This document shows positions 59,379 to 64,000 of a DNA stretch of 64,000 nucleotides, piece after piece (the first letter of the stretch is position 1; every line of letters starts with the position of its first letter). A program made the translations under genes and the position numbers. Source of the stretch: Deltaproteobacteria bacterium. Its GTDB lineage: Bacteria; Myxococcota_A; UBA9160; SMWR01. The notes under the pieces are model-generated. The model did not search any database. It was not told the origin of the DNA and was given only the letters and a program-made list of their open reading frames with translations. Where the stretch lies: NCBI GenBank assembly GCA_032128375.1, contig JAQBGU010000115.1, positions 1-64,000 on the forward strand, read 5' to 3'.

Positions 59379-61294
59379 TCCGACACCCAGACGAAGCGAT
59401 CGTCGCGCCGCTTGCGGAGGTCAGCGTAGATTGCCGAGTTCAGCGACCCGTCGCGGTTCACGAGGGTTCGAAACGCCGCCCGGCGGTCGTCGCCTCTTCG
59501 GGTGTTCCAGCGATCCATCGCGAGCCGCTGCGCTGCGCTGAGGCTGGCGGTGTCGGCCTGGGAGTCGTAGGCGAGATCTTCGAAGCCCGGCAGCGTTCGC
59601 ATGGAGCGACCCGCAATACCGCGAACGGCCGGATACCTGTCAACCATCAGCTCCGCGAGAAACGGGGCCATCCACTGAGTGCCCGATGCCTGGCGGGCCG
59701 GCCCCCAACCCATGTGCCAGGCGACGAGGGCGCGCTGTCCCGCATCGCCCGCAAGGGTCCACACCACGGAGGCCGCGACGCGCTGTTGAGCGTCGTTGAG
59801 CGACGGCTTTTCGATGTCGTACCAGCTCGCGAGGTGGTCCGCCGTCCAAGCGAGTGGGCGGTCGAGGTGACAGAGATTGCACGCATTGGGTCGGCCGACT
59901 CGAAGGTCACCTGCCAGCGATGGGTTGGTGATTTCGTGGCTTCGCGTCGCCTTCTGCAGGCCGTAGGCGGAATTGGGCATGTGGCAGTCGTAGCAGGTGC
60001 TGCCCGCGGATTCGGGTGCGTGATGGGTGTGGGCAGCGAGCTGGTGTTCGTCGGCGAAGCGATCGTGACACTGCACGCATGCCTGATTGCGGCTTTTCTC
60101 GGGCGCGAGCTGATCGTTCGCCCACTCCTTCAGAGACCGCGGGTCGTCGGCATCTCGATGCAGCGAGTGGCACGAAATGCAGGTCAGTTCGCCGCGCTCG
60201 AAACAGGGGCTCCTGAGCAGAGAATTGTACTCGCGCCCGTTGATCCGAATCATCTCGTCGGCCCAGAATGAAGACTCGCCGTCCGCGGTCGTCTCGTCAT
60301 CCCCGTTGACGAGTTTTCGTGTGTCGGCCAGCGTGTCCCCGGGGCGATAGGGGAAACCCGCCTCGGACCAGAGGCCCGCGTCCTTGTTCGAGTAGAAGTG
60401 CTGGACGCTGTGGCACTGTCCGCAAACCTCTGCCGCACGGTCGTGCGGCAGCCGCGCCGGATTGACGATGGTGGGATCCGCCCGCCCGCCTACGTGGAGT
60501 GCATAGCGGCGCTTCACATCCGCATTGGCGCGCACATGTTCCTCGCCTGGCCCGTGGCAGGCCTCGCAGGCAATCCCGAGTTCTCCTAGCTGGGTGTCCG
60601 CATCGTTCATCAGGCGTGGCACGCCTGCGGTCGAGTGACACCCCATGCAGTCGCGGTTCCAGACCGAGGTGAGTTCGATCCGACTGGGATCGCTGAGCAC
60701 GAGGTTGTCGGCGGGAATCCAGCGCGATTCGGAGATCTCGTATGCGAAGGGGAACAGCTCGAGTTCACGTCCCGTTCCGGTCGAGGTCCAGTACATCTGG
60801 AAGTGATGCGAGCCGGTCGAGAGCATGATCTGGCGCCAGTCCGATTCCTCTGCGTTGGCCTCAGCGCGCGGGACGAAGTTCGCCCAGTAGGAGTCGTCGC
60901 GTCGTTCCAGGCGAACCCTACGGCCCTCGGACTCGAGCGCGACACCGTCGAAGGGAGCAAGCACCGCCCCCGGTACGGCGCGCTGGGTCATCTTGCTGTG
61001 ATACGAGACGTCCCAGCTCGCGTGGTCCTTGGGGTGACAGGCGCCACAGGTGCGAGACGAAACGTAGCCGCGCGCGGCGACCTCGGCGGGTCGCGCCTGA
61101 TCGGCGGGGTCGAGCTTGGGTTGCTGCGGGGTAAGACGCACGAAGGCCGTCCACGAAACGCCCGCGACCAGCATCAACCACGTGAGCGCCGCTACGCCGT
61201 GGGAGACACGCAGCGTGTTCGATCGGTGCTGATGCAGTATCCAGGTGAGGACCGGCAGCAAGGCAATCATCACGACCCACACGGTCAACCACAT
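59375..61294 (-). CDS. Membrane-anchored octaheme c-type cytochrome
   Basis: Eight CxxCH motifs (CGACH, CMGCH, CEACH, CGQCH, CISCH, CVQCH, CYDCH, CNLCH), two N-terminal hydrophobic segments and a HEAT-like tail. Confidence 0.92.
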   Translation of the reverse strand: MWLTVWVVMIALLPVLTWILHQHRSNTLRVSHGVAALTWLMLVAGVSWTAFVRLTPQQPKLDPADQARPAEVAARGYVSSRTCGACHPKDHASWDVSYHSKMTQRAVPGAVLAPFDGVALESEGRRVRLERRDDSYWANFVPRAEANAEESDWRQIMLSTGSHHFQMYWTSTGTGRELELFPFAYEISESRWIPADNLVLSDPSRIELTSVWNRDCMGCHSTAGVPRLMNDADTQLGELGIACEACHGPGEEHVRANADVKRRYALHVGGRADPTIVNPARLPHDRAAEVCGQCHSVQHFYSNKDAGLWSEAGFPYRPGDTLADTRKLVNGDDETTADGESSFWADEMIRINGREYNSLLRSPCFERGELTCISCHSLHRDADDPRSLKEWANDQLAPEKSRNQACVQCHDRFADEHQLAAHTHHAPESAGSTCYDCHMPNSAYGLQKATRSHEITNPSLAGDLRVGRPNACNLCHLDRPLAWTADHLASWYDIEKPSLNDAQQRVAASVVWTLAGDAGQRALVAWHMGWGPARQASGTQWMAPFLAELMVDRYPAVRGIAGRSMRTLPGFEDLAYDSQADTASLSAAQRLAMDRWNTRRGDDRRAAFRTLVNRDGSLNSAIYADLRKRRDDRFVWVSE

Positions 61295-61359
61295 CGAGAC
61301 GCACCCCGAAAAGCTTCCTCAGACTTCCCCCATCAGAAGAGTCGGATGGAATCCTCCTT

Positions 61360-61425
61360 CAGCCAGCCAGCCAGCCAGCCAGCCAGCGACGGGCCCCTAT
61401 CCACATCGCCACATCGCCACATCGC
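61360..61425. repeat. Simple repeats (CAGC)7 and (CCACATCG)3 upstream of the octaheme gene
   Basis: Read directly at 61360-61387 and 61401-61424. Confidence 0.9.
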
Positions 61426-61519
61426 TCATTCACGACGGCTGCTCTCCACGAGAGACTCATCGGAGGGTAGTACAAACGGGTGATCTTTCATCCGGGCGTG
61501 CTGTGAAACCAATCGCGGC

Positions 61520-62530
61520 TCAGAGGATACGCCGCTGTTCGAACACCCGTCTTAGATGCAGGGTGATCTGTTCGGTCACGATGCTGTTCGCGAATGCGTT
61601 CGGGTGCGTGAGGTCTTTGGGCGAGATCTTCAACTCTTCGGGGGCATAGGGCAAGAACACGTCGAAAAGATCAATCGTGTCGATGTTGAGGCCGTCGACG
61701 GAGCTCTCTACGTCCGCGTGCAGATGCGCTAAGGGGTAGTTTTCGAAACCGCCAAGGGTTGGAAAAATCAGAAGCAGGATGCGCGATTCGACGTGACTCT
61801 GGAGTCGCTCAAATTCTTTTCTGATGTCCACGACTTTCAAAACAAAGCTGGGTCGCGGACTGAATTCCAGGTAGCGCCTGGCGAAGTGATAGAATTCTCT
61901 GTTCACGGCCTCGAGCAAATAGGATTTGGACGTCATTCCTTGCGTGATCTTCCTGAAGGGACCCGCTTCAACGGAGCTTTCTTCGAAATCATTCAGGCAG
62001 AATCCAACGATGACAAAGTCTGGGTCGAATTTCTGAGCGTTTTCGACGAACAGCTCGACTTCTTGTTGGGTTGAATATCCCGACACGCCGAAGTTGAGAA
62101 CTTCGAAGTGCATCGCCTTGCCCATTTCGTTGAGGCTTCTTTCGAGTTGCCCGGCGATCGTCTCCGACTCAGCGAGTTCGTGCCCCCAGACGATGGAGTC
62201 TCCCAAGATTACGATCCGGAATGTGTTCGCCGGTTTCTCGATCGAATACTCCCGGCCCCGAAAACCACTCGAGTTGATCTTGTATTTCGAGAATTCGGCG
62301 TTCGGGTTCGGTTCGTAGAACAGCACATCGTTGTCTGAGCGCCTGAACAAGGAATAGACATAGCGTTCAAAGAGGCCGTTGGGTCGAATTTCGGGGCCGG
62401 GGAATATCTCGATTCCATTCAACCCGCGGTACACGAGTTCGGCGCCGATGGGTAGTGCCACGAGTGCGGCAACCACGATGCAGACCAGAGCGACTGGAAA
62501 AAGCCGTGGCTTTTCTTGGCCGTCTTTCAT
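61520..62530 (-). CDS. SGNH/GDSL hydrolase-family protein (AlgX/AlgJ-like), membrane anchored
   Basis: INSSGFR, ILGDSIVWG, NFGVSGY, LND and DLTHPN. Confidence 0.88.
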   Translation of the reverse strand: MKDGQEKPRLFPVALVCIVVAALVALPIGAELVYRGLNGIEIFPGPEIRPNGLFERYVYSLFRRSDNDVLFYEPNPNAEFSKYKINSSGFRGREYSIEKPANTFRIVILGDSIVWGHELAESETIAGQLERSLNEMGKAMHFEVLNFGVSGYSTQQEVELFVENAQKFDPDFVIVGFCLNDFEESSVEAGPFRKITQGMTSKSYLLEAVNREFYHFARRYLEFSPRPSFVLKVVDIRKEFERLQSHVESRILLLIFPTLGGFENYPLAHLHADVESSVDGLNIDTIDLFDVFLPYAPEELKISPKDLTHPNAFANSIVTEQITLHLRRVFEQRRIL

Positions 62531-62766
62531 CCCAGCGCCCATCTCCACATCATCATTGTTCGCATGACCTTTGACGAGAGGAGTAGGACCACGCCAGCAT
62601 CCGGCACCGCTCTCGGAGTATCGCGATTCGGCCCCCCGTAGTTCTCCTCGCAGCACTGTCTCGTTAGTCAGTCTCTTTGGATTGGGTCGTCGCAGAGGAG
62701 CCAACCGGCCATTTCGAGCGCGAATCATGGATAGCGAGTCGGGGCGAACGAATTCGCTCCAATTAT

Positions 62767-62786
62767 TTGACTGACGAGACAGTCAA
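62767..62786. promoter_or_regulatory. Palindromic operator TTGACTG-N6-CAGTCAA upstream of tetR
   Basis: Inverted repeat ending 12 nt before ATG 62799 and containing a -35-like TTGACT. Confidence 0.7.
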
Positions 62787-62798
62787 TGCTAATCGAAG

Positions 62799-63473
62799 AT
62801 GGTTGTGACAGCGAGCCCGCGACGACAAAAACAGGCCCAAAACACGCAGATCCAGATCCTGGGGGCGGCGGCGCTCCGGTTCGCGGAACTGGGATTCGCT
62901 GGCACGCGTCTTTCGGATGTTGGCGAAGATGTCGGGATCGGCCGATCGGCGGTCCTCTATCACTTCGGGGACAAGAAGCTTCTCTACCGCGCAGTCCTCG
63001 ACAGGCTGTTTGGCGAACTACTCGGAGAACTTCGCGCCGGGCTGATGTCAGCCGGCACATTGGCCCAACGCATCGAAACGGCGACGGTAGCCTTCGTCGA
63101 CTTCATGGCGCGCCACCCAACCGCGGCCCGGCTTTCGCTGCGAGAATCGGTGAATCCCGACGCGAAGATTCGCGACGAAATACAGAACCATTCCCGCCCC
63201 TTTCTGACCTTGCTCGACATGATCTTCGAGGAGGGTGAACGCTCGGGTGCCTTTCGTCCGCTGCGCTCCGACCCGCTCCACTTCGTCAGCACGATCGCCG
63301 GATCCACACTGTTCTACGTTGCTGCACTGCCGACTTTCGTCAGCGACTTGCCATACGACCTGCTTTCCGAAGAGCAGCTCGACGCGCACAAGCGAGACAT
63401 ACTGGACATCACACGGCGGCTTCTCGGGATCGGCGGTCCGCGACCCGTAGTCGACAACAGCGCAATCACCTGA
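62799..63473 (+). CDS. TetR/AcrR-family transcriptional regulator
   Basis: ILGAAALRFAELGFAGTRLSDVGEDVGIGRSAVLYHFGDK. Confidence 0.92.
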   Translation: MVVTASPRRQKQAQNTQIQILGAAALRFAELGFAGTRLSDVGEDVGIGRSAVLYHFGDKKLLYRAVLDRLFGELLGELRAGLMSAGTLAQRIETATVAFVDFMARHPTAARLSLRESVNPDAKIRDEIQNHSRPFLTLLDMIFEEGERSGAFRPLRSDPLHFVSTIAGSTLFYVAALPTFVSDLPYDLLSEEQLDAHKRDILDITRRLLGIGGPRPVVDNSAIT

Positions 63474-63484
63474 CGGAGACACAC

Positions 63485-64000
63485 ATGACGGCTGTAACTT
63501 TCAATCCCTTTGCGATCGAGTCGCGAGCCAACCCGTACAAGCACTACGCCGAACTTCGCGAGCACGCGCCCGTCTATCGACTCGAGGAAGCGGGCTTCTA
63601 TCTCGTCTCGAGATATGGCGACGTACAACACGTGATCAAGCATCCGGAGCTCTTCTCGTCTCAGGCCATGCAGCAGATGATGATGTCTGGAATGAGCGTC
63701 GGGATTCAGAACACGGGAGGAGCCGATGGGCCCGACCCGAAGATGCTCGAACTGCTGGCGGAGTTTGCGAACGGGCTCGACTTCAATCCTCTCGAGATGA
63801 TGACGACGCCATCGGTCATTGCGTCGGACCCTCCGAATCACGAGCGGTTGCGCAATATCGTGAATCGCGGCTTCACCCCTCGCCGCATTGCCGCTCTGGA
63901 ACCGCGCATCCGCCAGATCGCTGCCGATGCGCTTGATCGCATGCTCGAAGCCGACGAGTTCGACCTGGTGTCGGACTTCACGATCCCGCTGCCCGTAACG
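63485..64000 (+). CDS. Cytochrome P450, 5' part (runs off the window)
   Basis: Manual translation: MTAVTFNPF...NPYKHYAELREHAPVY...SDPPNHERLRNIVNRGFTPRRIAALEPRIR. GGAG RBS. Confidence 0.88.
   Translation, partial: MTAVTFNPFAIESRANPYKHYAELREHAPVYRLEEAGFYLVSRYGDVQHVIKHPELFSSQAMQQMMMSGMSVGIQNTGGADGPDPKMLELLAEFANGLDFNPLEMMTTPSVIASDPPNHERLRNIVNRGFTPRRIAALEPRIRQIAADALDRMLEADEFDLVSDFTIPLPVT

Overview
High-GC bacterial chromosomal window. The gene content (PEP-CTERM proteins, Myxococcus-type Cys-rich repeats, three P450s, F420-type oxidoreductases) suggests a Myxococcota-like environmental lineage; this is inference only. Positions 1-2102 look like the right end of a genomic island integrated at a tRNA-Gly(GCC) gene. 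That end carries an IS3 stub, a decayed GmrSD/DUF1524 nuclease, an intact Rx4H (HEPN-like) orphan and a 50-bp tRNA 3' fragment followed by a terminator. Two toxin-antitoxin modules follow: hicBA with a damaged junction, and an XRE plus nucleotidyltransferase pair behind a perfect 26-bp palindrome. The rest is a mosaic of four kinds of genes. (1) Secreted repeat proteins: NHL/SBBP propeller, collagen-like, BNR/VPS10-like, TSP3/dockerin-like, DUF4215. (2) Envelope-modification enzymes: three GT-C-like proteins, a polyprenol-P-mannose synthase, two sulfatase-fold proteins with Thr in place of the formylglycine motif, an SGNH protein, a spermidine-synthase-like membrane protein and a TMTC-like remnant. 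(3) Regulators with visible operators or promoters: MarR, TetR, ECF42-DGPF, and a sigma54 site. (4) Oxidative catabolic genes, plus an octaheme cytochrome c coupled to a small His-containing membrane protein. No CRISPR array, rRNA or complete tRNA was seen. Several frameshifts sit in short homopolymers and may be sequencing errors. All family calls come from motif recognition, not database searches.
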